From: Planctomycetota bacterium
GTDB lineage: Bacteria > Planctomycetota > PLA2 > JAEUHO01
DNA length: 64,000 nucleotides
NCBI GenBank assembly: GCA_050248855.1
Contig: JBFWRP010000001.1
Coordinates: 32,001 to 96,000 of the forward strand
Direction: 5' to 3'
The position numbers were made by a program, and so were the translations under genes. Below the pieces are notes generated by a model, which was not told the DNA's origin, did no database searches, and saw nothing but the letters and a program-made list of their open reading frames with translations. Positions 1 through 14,425 of the stretch are shown piece by piece (the stretch's first letter is position 1; each line of letters opens with the position of its first letter).

Positions 1-1
1 C

Positions 2-109
2 GCTTCCCACACGGTCAGCGACTTCGGCCTCGACCGCCTCGGCCATCTCCTGCCCGACCAGATCGAGCAGCGCGCCGCCGAGTTCCGCACCTTCCTGACG
101 CTTCCGTAG
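2..109 (+). CDS. 3' end of a probable PfkB-family sugar kinase (partial, runs in from window start)
   Basis: Frame 2 reads ASHTVSDFGLDRLGHLLPDQIEQRAAEFRTFLTLP-TAG(107-109), resembling the 'ASxxVEdFgxdRL...Ie.R..eF' tail of PfkB kinases. Confidence 0.55.
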   Translation, partial: ASHTVSDFGLDRLGHLLPDQIEQRAAEFRTFLTLP

Positions 110-272
110 GCAGCGTCCCGGGAGGCAACCGTGCATCCTTCGCTTGCGCGCCGATCATCGTCATGGCTGCTCGCGCTGATCCTCGCCTCCCCGGGCGCCG
201 CCCTCCTCCAGGGGCGCGTCGGCTTCGCCGGCGAGGACAGGGGACCGGGCGGCCCGCCGGGCCATGCTGCGC

Positions 273-429
273 GGGCACGCCCCGCTTGCCGCGGACGATC
301 TCGTTCACGCGCTGCACGGGGACCCCGAGGTGCGCGGCCAGTGCGACCTACGTGATACCCATGGGCTCAAAAAAGCTCATGCAGGAGGATCTGTCCCGGG
401 TGGGTGGGAAGGCGGCGTGTGGGACGCAT
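273..429 (-). pseudogene. higA: Degraded HigA-family antitoxin (HTH addiction-module antidote)
   Basis: ATG at 429 gives MRPTRRLPTHPGQILLHE. A +1 frameshift in the T6 run (369-374) is followed by EPMGIT-TAG(348-350)-VALAAHLGVPVQRVNEIVRGKRGV, after which similarity is lost. THPGxIL..F..P.GITQ..LA..LGV..QRVNEIVRGKR is the HigA signature. Confidence 0.85.
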
Positions 430-463
430 TGCGAGATCGTACGTACGTCGCTCGCGAAATGCC

Positions 464-556
464 GTACGGAGGCGGGGATTCCTTCCGCAACTTGCCGATC
501 GTCTTCCCATCGGCGCCCGCCCAAGGCGGCAAGCTGCGGAAGAAATCCCCGCCACC
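464..556. repeat. Palindromic MITE/REP-like element, family A (GTACGGAGGCGGG end)
   Basis: Arms 468-497 and 527-556 are reverse-complementary (27/30). The left end GTACGGAGGCGGG is shared with 52891 and, as reverse complement, with the ends at 52988 and 61386. Confidence 0.8.
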
Positions 557-559
557 TCC

Positions 560-643
560 GCCCTTCAGGCGAGGATGCGCGCCGTCGCCGTTCTCCGAGC
601 TTGTCACCCGTCCCGCGGCAAGCAACGCATCCGCCTGAAGGGC
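560..643. repeat. 84-bp palindromic repeat, family C
   Basis: GCCCTTCAGGC...GCCTGAAGGGC. Ungapped match of 66/84 to the reverse complement of 10873-10956. Confidence 0.85.
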
Positions 644-708
644 AGCAACGCGCATCCGCCGTGCTCCAAGCGTTTGAGCGGTCCCCCGGCTGAGGCCGGA
701 GGCACCAT

Positions 709-1860
<1,152 letters not shown>

Positions 1861-2060
1861 CGTGCACCTCCTTCATGAGGACGCCGTCGCGACGACCTCG
1901 TGCTTCACGCCCGACGCGAAGCACACTGGATCCTTCGAATCCCCGCCTGTCGGGAAACCGCTACCTGTTGGGAAGCCTCTCCTGCCGACCCGACCTGCGT
2001 CGTGGCCTCGCAAAGGCCGCGTCGTCGGTCACTTCCGAGGACGCGCGGGCGCCGTGGCGC

Positions 2061-2660
2061 CTACGTGTCCTCGCCCTCGTCGCCGAGGTGGATCGTTGTT
2101 AGGTTCTTGTAACGGTACTCCCTCGAGGCTGGATCGGAAGAAATAAGTGCGAGGAGGGACAGGATTGCCTCGGGCCCCTGATCGTGGGGCGTGGAAGGCG
2201 CTGCCCGGACGGCTTCGACGGTGGCGGCGGCGGGCCGACCGCGCAGGCGGCCCAGCGTGACGTGGGGCTGCCAGCGCCGTCGCTCGCGTGGGAAGCCCAG
2301 CTCCTCCAGCTCGAGGCCGATGCGCTCGTGCAGCCCCGCCAGGATGTCGGCGCCCGAGAGGTCGAGCACCGGGGCGTGGACGACGCGGGCCCGGGCCGCA
2401 TCGGGGAAGGCGCCGAGTCCCGGACAGCTGACGGGGATCGGCGGCGTGTCCGCCGCGGCCCGCTCCAGGGCCTTGGCGATGCGGTGGACGTCCTCGATCC
2501 AGGTGTCGCCGAGGAAGGCGAGCGTCAGGTGCATGTGCTCGGCCGCCGGGACGGCGAGGGCCGGGTCGTGCTCGGCGAGCGCCGCGGCGCGGTCGGCAAG
2601 CTCGTCGGCCAGGGAGCGCGGGAGCTCGAGGGCGACGAAGGTGCGAAGCGGTCGGGCCAT
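2061..2660 (-). CDS. thpR: RNA 2',3'-cyclic phosphodiesterase (2H phosphoesterase)
   Basis: RTFVALEL start, two HxT motifs (HLTL, HVTL), typical position upstream of recA; start set at ATG 2660. Confidence 0.93.
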   Translation of the reverse strand: MARPLRTFVALELPRSLADELADRAAALAEHDPALAVPAAEHMHLTLAFLGDTWIEDVHRIAKALERAAADTPPIPVSCPGLGAFPDAARARVVHAPVLDLSGADILAGLHERIGLELEELGFPRERRRWQPHVTLGRLRGRPAAATVEAVRAAPSTPHDQGPEAILSLLALISSDPASREYRYKNLTTIHLGDEGEDT

Positions 2661-2792
2661 GGGGGCACGGTAGCGCTGGCAGGCTCGGTCCCGGAGAGAC
2701 AACCACGACCGCTCGGCGGGGAGCGCACTCCGATCGCACGGCGTGTTGCGGCCTACGTGCTACCGTCGCCTGCTTCCCCTCGGAGACGCCCC

Positions 2793-5507
<2,715 letters not shown>

Positions 5508-5558
5508 GACCCGGCCTGGGCCTGCACCTACGTCGGCGGGCTGCCGTAGCGTCCGGGC

Positions 5559-6047
5559 GTGGAGATCCTGCTCTACGTCGGACTCGTGCTCCTCGGCTTC
5601 GCGGCCGGGACGCTGGGCAGCCTGCTCGGTCTGGGCGGGGGCTTCCTCGTGGTGCCGGCGCTGATCCTCCTGCGCGGGATGGACGACCGCGTGGCCACGG
5701 GCACGTCGATCGCCGTCATCGTCCCGGCCATGCTGACGGCCCTCTGGCGCCGCGGCGCGCAGGGCGACATCGACGTGGCCGTCGCGGCCTGGGTGGCGGT
5801 GGGCGCGGTGGGGGGCGCGTTCCTGGGCAGCCACATCGCCCGGACCATCGACCCGACCCTGCTCAGGCGCCTCTTCGCGGGCATCCTCGTGGTGCTGGCC
5901 GTCGTCCTCCTCACGAAGAAGCCACCCGAGCCGGCGACCGGGCCGGCGACCGCCGGCGCCTCGGACGGCGGTCCGCCGTTGCCGGCGCCGGCTCCCGGCG
6001 CCTCGCCCGACGGCCCGGGCCCACCGGTGACGCCGCGCCGTTCTTGA
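5559..6047 (+). CDS. Half-size sulfite exporter TauE/SafE (TSUP) family membrane protein
   Basis: [12 protein letters not shown] and ATGTS motifs, about 4 hydrophobic helices, Pro-rich tail. Confidence 0.85.
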   Translation: MEILLYVGLVLLGFAAGTLGSLLGLGGGFLVVPALILLRGMDDRVATGTSIAVIVPAMLTALWRRGAQGDIDVAVAAWVAVGAVGGAFLGSHIARTIDPTLLRRLFAGILVVLAVVLLTKKPPEPATGPATAGASDGGPPLPAPAPGASPDGPGPPVTPRRS

Positions 6048-6072
6048 CCCCCTTTCGGGGGCGTCCTACCTT
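6044..6072 (+). promoter_or_regulatory. Sigma70-type promoter of the rpmF-plsX-fab operon
   Basis: TTGACC (6044-6049), 17 bp spacer, TACCTT (6067-6072). Confidence 0.6.
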
Positions 6073-6179
6073 CCTCGGCTCGACCGCGCGGGCGCGGTCC
6101 GTCCACGAAACCAGTTCCACGCCTCCGCGATCGGGCCCACGGCGCCCCGGGAGGTGGGATCCACGAAGGAGGCGCGGCC

Positions 6180-6362
6180 ATGGCCGTCCCGATGCGCAAG
6201 GTAGGCAAGCGCCGCAAGCGGATGCGCGCCTCCCATCATGGTCTCGCGCTTCGCCACCTGCGTCCGTGCGCCCAGTGCGGGCAGCCGGGTCCGTCGCACC
6301 GCGTGTGCGGCAACTGCGGTCACTACGCCGGGCGCGAGGTCATCGACAAGGAAACGGACTGA
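6180..6362 (+). CDS. rpmF: 50S ribosomal protein L32 (zinc-ribbon type)
   Basis: MAVP..K, CxxC...HRVCxxCGHY; strong SD AAGGAGG. Confidence 0.97.
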   Translation: MAVPMRKVGKRRKRMRASHHGLALRHLRPCAQCGQPGPSHRVCGNCGHYAGREVIDKETD

Positions 6363-6433
6363 CCCGCCGTGACTCGCGCGGCGTCCCCCTCGCGCGCGCG
6401 AACCGGGTGCGCGCGTGTCCGGAGCGTTGACTC

Positions 6434-7477
6434 GTGATCCGCATCGCGCTCGACGCGATGGGTGGGGATCGAGCCCCTGCAGCGGCCGTGGCCGGTGCGT
6501 GGCTCGCGCTGGCCGACCACGACGACATCGAGGTCGTGCTTGTCGGGGACCCGGCCAAGATCGCGACCGCGCGTGATGCCGCCGGCGAGCTGACGGAGGC
6601 CCAAGCCGCGCGCGTGCGGGTGCATGACGCGCCCGAGGTGGTCGCCATGGGCGACGACCCCGTGCGAGCCATCCGCAAGAGCCCCAAGGTCAGCGCGCGC
6701 GCTTGCGTCGAGCTGCTCCGCCACGGGGACGTCGACGGCGTCGTCAACTTCGGCAGCACGGGAGCCGCCGTGGCCGCGGCCACGCTGTACGGCCGACGCC
6801 TGGAGGGCGTCAAGCGTCTGGGCATCGCCGTCCCCTTCCCGCGGCCGAACGGCGTGACCGTCCTGCTCGACGGCGGCGCCAACCCCGACGCCAGCGCGGA
6901 CGAGCTCTACCAGTACGCCGTGATGGGCCGGCACTACGTGCGCGCGGCCTTCGACATCGCCGCGCCGCGCGTCGGCATCCTCTCGATCGGTGAAGAGGAG
7001 CACAAGGGCAACCGCCTGGTGCACGAGACCTGGGAGCGCTTCCGCGCCCGCCCGATCGAGCCCTTCGTCGGCAACGTCGAGCCGCGTGAGCTGTTCGACG
7101 ATCGCGCCGACGTGGTGGTCTGCGACGGCTTCGTCGGCAACATCGCGCTGAAGGCGGCGGAAGGCATGGCGGAGTTCGCGCTCGGCTGGCTCGCTCCGCA
7201 GATGGCCCAACGCCAGATCGCCAGCACGAAGGAGCTGCTCCGCGGCCTCGCCCAGCGCATCGACTACAGCCAGTACGGCGGCGCGCCGCTGCTCGGCGTG
7301 GACGGCGGCTACGTGATCGGCCACGGGCGCAGCGGGCCGGAGGCCTTCCGCAACGGCCTCAAGCTGGTCCGCACCTACGTCCTCGGCGAGGTGGGCGCAC
7401 GCATCGTGGAGGAGCTGCGCGAGGCCGCGGCCACGTCGGCGCAGGGCGCGGCCGCCGCGGAGGACGGCGTCTCGTGA
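6434..7477 (+). CDS. plsX: Phosphate acyltransferase PlsX
   Basis: IALDAMGGDRAP, VVVCDGFVGNIALK, YGGAPLLGV, IGHGRS. Confidence 0.97.
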   Translation: MIRIALDAMGGDRAPAAAVAGAWLALADHDDIEVVLVGDPAKIATARDAAGELTEAQAARVRVHDAPEVVAMGDDPVRAIRKSPKVSARACVELLRHGDVDGVVNFGSTGAAVAAATLYGRRLEGVKRLGIAVPFPRPNGVTVLLDGGANPDASADELYQYAVMGRHYVRAAFDIAAPRVGILSIGEEEHKGNRLVHETWERFRARPIEPFVGNVEPRELFDDRADVVVCDGFVGNIALKAAEGMAEFALGWLAPQMAQRQIASTKELLRGLAQRIDYSQYGGAPLLGVDGGYVIGHGRSGPEAFRNGLKLVRTYVLGEVGARIVEELREAAATSAQGAAAAEDGVS

Positions 7478-8421
7478 CGGCCTCCACGGCTCTCGTCTTC
7501 CCGGGCCAAGGGGCCCAGCACGTCGGCATGGGCGTCGACGTGGCCGAGGCCTGGCCCGCGGCCCGCCAGGTCTTCGACCTGGCCAGCGACGTGCTCGGCC
7601 TGGACCTGCTCGCCGTGTGTCGCGACGGTCCTGCCGACGAGCTCGTGCGAACCGACCTGCAGCAGCCCGCCATCCTGGCGGTCGGCGCTGCGGTCACCGA
7701 GGCGCTGCGCTCCACGGGCGCCTTGCGGGACGAGGAGCTCGTCTGCACCCTCGGCCTGTCGCTGGGCGAGTTCACGGCGCTCTGGGCCGCTGGGGCGCTG
7801 GACCTCGCCGATGCGCTGCGCCTCGTGCGCGAGCGCGGCCTGGGGATGCAAGAGGCCAGCGAGGCCGTGCCGAGCGGCATGCTGGCGCTGCGCGCCGAGG
7901 TGCCGGCCGCCGAGGCGCTCTGCGCGGCGGCGCGCGAGGCCACGGGCGGCGTGCTCGTCGTGGCCAACCTGAATGCTCCAGGCCAGGTCGTCATCAGCGG
8001 CGACCTGACCACGATCGAAGCCGCCGAGCAGGTGGCTGGCGAGCACGGCATCCGCCGGCCCACGCGTCTGCCGGTGGCCGGCGCCTTCCACAGCCCGCTC
8101 ATGCAGCCCGGTGCCGACCGCTTGGCACGCGTGCTGGAGGGCGTGGAGGTGCGCACGCCGCGCGTGCCCGTGATCAGCAACGTGACCGCCGCGCCCACGG
8201 CGGACCCGGCCGCGATCCGCCAGCAGCTGATCGACCAGGTCACGCATCCGGTGCGCTTCGTGGAGTGCGTGGAGTCGGCCGTGAAGGCAGGCGTCACGCG
8301 CATCGTCGAGCCTGCGCCGGGCCGCGTGCTCGGCAGCCTCGTGCGGCGCATCGCCCCCGAGGTCGAGGTGGTCGGCGCGCCGGACGCAGACGGTGTGCGT
8401 GCAGCAGGAGGCATGGCATGA
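7474..8421 (+). CDS. fabD: Malonyl-CoA:ACP transacylase
   Basis: FPGQGAQ, GLSLGE nucleophile motif, GAFHSPLM. Confidence 0.96.
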   Translation: MTASTALVFPGQGAQHVGMGVDVAEAWPAARQVFDLASDVLGLDLLAVCRDGPADELVRTDLQQPAILAVGAAVTEALRSTGALRDEELVCTLGLSLGEFTALWAAGALDLADALRLVRERGLGMQEASEAVPSGMLALRAEVPAAEALCAAAREATGGVLVVANLNAPGQVVISGDLTTIEAAEQVAGEHGIRRPTRLPVAGAFHSPLMQPGADRLARVLEGVEVRTPRVPVISNVTAAPTADPAAIRQQLIDQVTHPVRFVECVESAVKAGVTRIVEPAPGRVLGSLVRRIAPEVEVVGAPDADGVRAAGGMA

Positions 8422-9161
8422 GCGGGTCCTTCGACGGCGTCTCGGTCCTCGTGACCGGGGGCACCCGCGGCATCGGCCGCGCCCTCGTGGCCGCCTTCGC
8501 GCGCGAGGGCGCCAAGGTCACGTTCACCGGCACCAACCCCGGAGCCGCCGAGGAGGCGGTCGCGGCGAGCGGCCATCCCGACCTCGTGAAGGCCGTCATG
8601 GCCGACGTGCGCGACGCGTCGGCCGCCGATGCGGCCGTCAGCGCCGCCGTGGAGCACGGGGGCGGCCTGGACGTGGTGGTGAACAACGCCGGGATCACGC
8701 GCGACGGCTTGTTCCTGCGCATGGGCGAGGACGACTGGGACGCCGTCATGGGCGTCAACTTGAAGGGCTCGTTCCTGGTGACGAAGGCCGCCGCACGTCG
8801 GCTCATGAAGAGCGCACGCGGTCGCGTCATCAACATCACCTCGGTGGTGGGCCTCGTCGGCAACGCCGGCCAGGTCAACTACTCCGCCAGCAAGGCCGGG
8901 CTCGTGGGCTTCACCAAGTCCCTGGCTCGCGAGCTGGCCGGTCGGGCCGTGACGGTCAACGCCGTCGCGCCCGGCTACATCGAGACGGACATGACGGCCG
9001 AGCTTCCCGAGGGCGCCGCCCAGGAGCTGAAGGCCCGCATTCCGTTGGGTCGCCTGGGGACGGTCGACGACATCGCCGAAGTCGTCCTGTTCCTGGCATC
9101 GCCGGCCGCGGGCTACATCACCGGACAGGTGATTCCTGTGGACGGCGGCATGGTCATGTAG
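8418..9161 (+). CDS. fabG: 3-oxoacyl-ACP reductase
   Basis: TGGTRGIG, NNAGITRD, YSASKAG; ATGA overlap with fabD. Confidence 0.97.
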   Translation: MSGSFDGVSVLVTGGTRGIGRALVAAFAREGAKVTFTGTNPGAAEEAVAASGHPDLVKAVMADVRDASAADAAVSAAVEHGGGLDVVVNNAGITRDGLFLRMGEDDWDAVMGVNLKGSFLVTKAAARRLMKSARGRVINITSVVGLVGNAGQVNYSASKAGLVGFTKSLARELAGRAVTVNAVAPGYIETDMTAELPEGAAQELKARIPLGRLGTVDDIAEVVLFLASPAAGYITGQVIPVDGGMVM

Positions 9162-9245
9162 GACAACCTGGGCCCGACCGTCCGCCCAGACCGCCCGTGG
9201 CGGGAGGGGGGGAGGCGGGACGAGCCGGAACGAGGAGCAAGAGCC

Positions 9246-9494
9246 GTGGGCAGTGACATCAAGGACAAGGTCATCAAGATCGTCTGCGAGCAGCTGGGCC
9301 AGCCCGAGGACAAGGTGACCGAGGAGACCTCGTTCATCAACGACCTGGGCGCCGACAGCCTCGACACGGTCGAGCTGGTGATGGAGCTCGAGGACCAGTT
9401 CGAGCTGAGCATCCCGGACGAAGAGGCCGAGAAGATCAAGACCGTCGGTGACGCCATCCGCTTCATCGAGGAGAACCTGGAGAAGAAGAGCTAG
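9246..9494 (+). CDS. acpP: Acyl carrier protein
   Basis: [14 protein letters not shown] phosphopantetheine site. Confidence 0.99.
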   Translation: MGSDIKDKVIKIVCEQLGQPEDKVTEETSFINDLGADSLDTVELVMELEDQFELSIPDEEAEKIKTVGDAIRFIEENLEKKS

Positions 9495-9496
9495 CG

Positions 9497-10780
<1,284 letters not shown>

Positions 10781-10872
10781 GGCCCGTCTGGAAGCACTCC
10801 GTCGCGAGGGCACCAGGGCCGAAGCGAGCCACGGGCGCGACGGGACTCCGAGCCGGCGGCGAGCGTGATGTT

Positions 10873-10956
10873 GCCCTTCCGGCGGATGCGTTGCTTGCCG
10901 GGGAGCTGCCCACCCATCCGCAGAACGGCGACTGCGCGCATCCCTGCCGGAAGGGC
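10873..10956. repeat. 84-bp palindromic repeat, family C
   Basis: GCCCTTCCGGC...GCCGGAAGGGC; inverted homologue of 560-643. Confidence 0.85.
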
Positions 10957-11123
10957 CCGTCCGAACGGTCCTCGGAGGCATGCGTCCTGGCGATGCGCGA
11001 AGGAGGCGGGAAGCCGGGGCCCCGTCTTCCTCGTCCCTTGCCCTTGCGGTGGGGGGCGGCTTCCTCGTCCGTGAGATGCGTGCGACAACGGCGGGGGCGC
11101 GGGAGGGGCGCGTGGAGGCCGGC

Positions 11124-12419
11124 ATGTCGGGCGACCGTGCGACGTACGAGCAGCAGCTGACGACGCACGGGCAGGAGCACCTCGTCGCCCACGCTCGGAC
11201 GTTGCCGGACGCGGTGGCCCTCGTGTTCCTGGCGGATGCCGCGTCGCGCCCGTGGAACGAGCTGGCGGGTGCGCTCCGCGAGGAGCCTGCCGCGGCGCCT
11301 GCGGTGCTCCGGCCTCCCGCCGGCCTCACCTGGAAGCGCCAGACGGGTGAGGGCGGGCTGCGCGCGCGGCTCGCGCGCACGGGTCTCGGCCTCCTGGCGG
11401 GTGGGCGCGTCGGTGCGGTCCTCCTGGCCGGTGGCGAGGGCAGCCGGCTCGGGGTCTCCGGCCCGAAGGGCGACGTCGTGTTCGGGCCCGGCGAGGACCG
11501 GACCCTCTACCGCATCCACGCCGAGCGCGTGGCGCATGTCGGCCAGGTCGTGGGGCGCGCCGTACCCCTCGTCGTCCTCACGAGCGCCGGCACCCACGAG
11601 GCCACGTGCGCGCGCTTCCTGACCGGCGACCGCCTGGGCCTTCACGAGGGCCAGGTCACGGTGGTCCAGCAGGGGCAGCTTCCCGTCGTGGACGAGGACG
11701 GCCGCGCCCTGCTGGCCGGGCCGGGCAGCTTGCTCCTGGCCCCCGATGGGCACGGCGGGCTCTGGCCCGCGCTCGTGGCCGACGGCGTGCTCGATCGCTG
11801 GGCCGAGGCCGGGGTCGACGTCGTCGTCACGTTCCAGGTGGACAACCCGTTGGCCCGCGCGTTGGATCCCGTCCTGCTCGGCTGGATGGTGGAGCGCAAG
11901 GCCACGATCGTGACGAAGGCCGTGGCCAAGGCGTCGCCCGACGAGCGCGTGGGCGTCTACGCGCGCGACCTCGAGGGGCGCACGCGGATCGTCGAGTACA
12001 GCGAGCTGCCGCCCGACGGCGCGCCGGACTTGAAGCTGGGCAGCATCGCGCTCCACGCCTTCTCGCTGGCCTGGCTGCGTTCGACGCTGCCGACGTGGCG
12101 CGGCCCGCTGCACCGGGCGCACAAGAAGGCGGCTGCGTGGACGCCCGCCGGCGTCGTGCAGCCGGACGCGCCCAACGCGTACAAGCTCGAGCGCTTCCTG
12201 TTCGACGTCTTCCCCTCGGCGCCGCGCGTCGAAGTGCACGAAGTCGCCCGCGAACGGGAGTTCGCCCCGATCAAGAACGCGACGGGCGTGGACAGCCTGG
12301 AGTCGTCGCGTTTGCTGGTCGAGCGCGAGGTCCTGCGTTGGCACCACCTCGCCGGAGCGCAGCCACCGCGCCCGGTGCGCCTCGCTCCGCTCGAGCTCGA
12401 CGCGCCGCTCGACGCCTGA
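11124..12419 (+). CDS. UDPGP/UAP1-family nucleotidyltransferase (eukaryote-type UDP-GlcNAc pyrophosphorylase-like)
   Basis: LLAGGEGSRLG..GPKG, APDGHGGL, QVDNPL, IVEYSEL, KLERFLFDVF, EFAPIKN; start set at ATG 11124 (SD GGAGG). Confidence 0.9.
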   Translation: MSGDRATYEQQLTTHGQEHLVAHARTLPDAVALVFLADAASRPWNELAGALREEPAAAPAVLRPPAGLTWKRQTGEGGLRARLARTGLGLLAGGRVGAVLLAGGEGSRLGVSGPKGDVVFGPGEDRTLYRIHAERVAHVGQVVGRAVPLVVLTSAGTHEATCARFLTGDRLGLHEGQVTVVQQGQLPVVDEDGRALLAGPGSLLLAPDGHGGLWPALVADGVLDRWAEAGVDVVVTFQVDNPLARALDPVLLGWMVERKATIVTKAVAKASPDERVGVYARDLEGRTRIVEYSELPPDGAPDLKLGSIALHAFSLAWLRSTLPTWRGPLHRAHKKAAAWTPAGVVQPDAPNAYKLERFLFDVFPSAPRVEVHEVAREREFAPIKNATGVDSLESSRLLVEREVLRWHHLAGAQPPRPVRLAPLELDAPLDA

Positions 12420-12489
12420 TCGTCGCGCTTCGTGTCGCCATCGATCACGTCGTCCTTGACGGAACGCAACGCGGGCGGAGAGTGGGGGC

Positions 12490-13659
12490 ATGGTGGGGCC
12501 CGTGGGATCATCCGGAGGCCGTCGTCGTCGCGCAGGGCGACGCGGCGAGCGTTTGCGCGTGGCCGTCCTGATGGGCGGCCCGAGCAGCGAGCACGACGTG
12601 TCGCTGACCGGCGGCGCGTGCGTGGCGACCGCACTGGCCGCGCTCGAGCCCTACGAGGTCCTGCCCATCGTGATCGACCGCGGCGGCACCTGGCGGGTGC
12701 CGCGGCGCCATGCCGTGAAGGCGCGCGCCGGCGCGGGAGCGCGCACGTCGTCGTCCGCCCGCAGCGGCGTCGTGGCGGATGCCGAGCCGACCATCGACCC
12801 GCGGGACCCCGAGGCCTGGAAGGCGATCGGCGGCTTGCCCGAGGGCCTGGCGCACTTGCGGGACTGGCCGGCCGACGTGGTCATGCCGGTCTTGCACGGC
12901 CGCTTCGGGGAGGACGGGACGCTCCAGGCCTGCCTCTCGGCCGTGGGCCTGCCGTTCGTCGGGAGCGACGCGCGAGGCAGCATGTTGGCGTTCGACAAGG
13001 TGCGTGCCAAGGAGGTCTACCTCCAGCACGGCCTCCCCACGCCCGCCTACGAGGTCGTCCGGGCCGACGAGCTGCCGGGCCACGGCCCCGCACACGTGCG
13101 GCGCTGGGAAGAGCGCTTCGGGTTCCCCCTGATCCTGAAGGATCCCCTCGGCGGCTCGAGCCTCGAGGTGCGCAAGGTGGGCGACGACGGCGAGGCGCTG
13201 TCCGCCGCGCAGGAGCTCGTCGCCGCCGGTGCCGACCGGCTCCTCGTCGAGGCGTTCGTGGCGGGGCGCGAGCTCACGGTGGGCGTGCTCGAGGACCGCG
13301 ACGGTCCCCACGCGCTGCCGGTCGTCGAGATCCGGCCTCGCGGGCGGGCCTTCTTCGACTTCCAGCAGAAGTACGCCGACGACGGCGCCGAGGAGATCTG
13401 CCCCGCGCCCCTGGAGCCGGAGATCGCCGAACGCGCCGCCAACCTCGGCGTGGCGGCGCACAGGGCGCTGGGCCTGGACGCGCTGTCGCGGACGGACCTC
13501 ATCCTCGACGGCGCGGGCCACCTCCACATCCTGGAGACGAACACGCTTCCAGGCATGACCTCCCGGGGCTTGGTGCCGCTCGCGGCACGCACCGCGGGCA
13601 TCGACTTCACGCGGCTCGTCGAGCGCCTGGTCCGGCAGGCCCGTCGCGCCGCTCCCTGA
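12490..13659 (+). CDS. ddl: D-alanine--D-alanine ligase
   Basis: MGGPSSEHDVSL, LHGRFGEDGTLQ, omega loop FFDFQQKY (Tyr retained, D-Ala-D-Ala type), LETNTLPGMT. Confidence 0.95.
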   Translation: MVGPVGSSGGRRRRAGRRGERLRVAVLMGGPSSEHDVSLTGGACVATALAALEPYEVLPIVIDRGGTWRVPRRHAVKARAGAGARTSSSARSGVVADAEPTIDPRDPEAWKAIGGLPEGLAHLRDWPADVVMPVLHGRFGEDGTLQACLSAVGLPFVGSDARGSMLAFDKVRAKEVYLQHGLPTPAYEVVRADELPGHGPAHVRRWEERFGFPLILKDPLGGSSLEVRKVGDDGEALSAAQELVAAGADRLLVEAFVAGRELTVGVLEDRDGPHALPVVEIRPRGRAFFDFQQKYADDGAEEICPAPLEPEIAERAANLGVAAHRALGLDALSRTDLILDGAGHLHILETNTLPGMTSRGLVPLAARTAGIDFTRLVERLVRQARRAAP

Positions 13660-13750
13660 TCCACCCCGTCGATCGGGCGATCCGGGGGGCCGGCCGCCGA
13701 AGCTCCGTCGGGGGCCGTGGTGCGGTCATGATGGGGGACGGAGGCCTGCC

Positions 13751-14176
13751 ATGTCCCCGCGTCTCAAGTCCCTGGAGCCCATGCCGACGAAGGTCGTCCC
13801 CAAGGCGTGGGGCGAGGAACACTGGATCGTCAACCGCGAGTACTGCGGGAAGAAGATGATCCTCAAGCGTGGCTACCGCTGCTCGCTGCACTTCCACAAG
13901 GACAAGGACGAGGTCTTCTACGTCGTCAGCGGGCGCATCCTCCTGGAGCTGGGCGACGGCGCCCGCGTGATGGGTCCCGGAGACCACCACCACATCCCCG
14001 TCGGTGTGGAGCACCGCTTCTGGGGCATCGAGGACGCCGAGATCATGGAGTTCTCCACGCACCACCGCGACGAGGACTCCTACCGCGTACCCGGTCACGA
14101 GAGCGGGGCCTTCGCGCCGGCCGAGCTGGACGAGCGTCTCCGGGCGCTGGCCCAGGACCGAGAGGCCGAGCAGTAA
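13751..14176 (+). CDS. Cupin-domain protein (sugar isomerase-like)
   Basis: KAWGEE, SLHFHKDKDEVFYV..G, HIPVGVEHRF cupin motifs. Confidence 0.85.
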   Translation: MSPRLKSLEPMPTKVVPKAWGEEHWIVNREYCGKKMILKRGYRCSLHFHKDKDEVFYVVSGRILLELGDGARVMGPGDHHHIPVGVEHRFWGIEDAEIMEFSTHHRDEDSYRVPGHESGAFAPAELDERLRALAQDREAEQ

Positions 14177-14425
14177 CGCGGGCCGATCCTCTCGGAGGCC
14201 CTTTGGCGCGGCCTTCCAAGGCAGTCCGACGCTGGAGGCTGGAGTTCCTCCCGGGTTCTGACCCGTCGACCCGATGGGCGAGCTGGGGCACGCAGCGGGC
14301 GGCTGCGTCACGGCGGCCCGGGACGCGTTCGGAAGGAGGGGCGTGCCCCGGGAAAGGTCGTAGGCTGACCTGCGTTCCCTCCGCGGGCCAGGGGGGTGGG
14401 GTCCATCTCGGCGCCTGGAGAACCG

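Noticed and set aside
12490..13659. D-Ala-D-Lac (vancomycin-resistance type) ligase
   Set aside because: The omega loop keeps KY (Tyr) and no van genes are adjacent.
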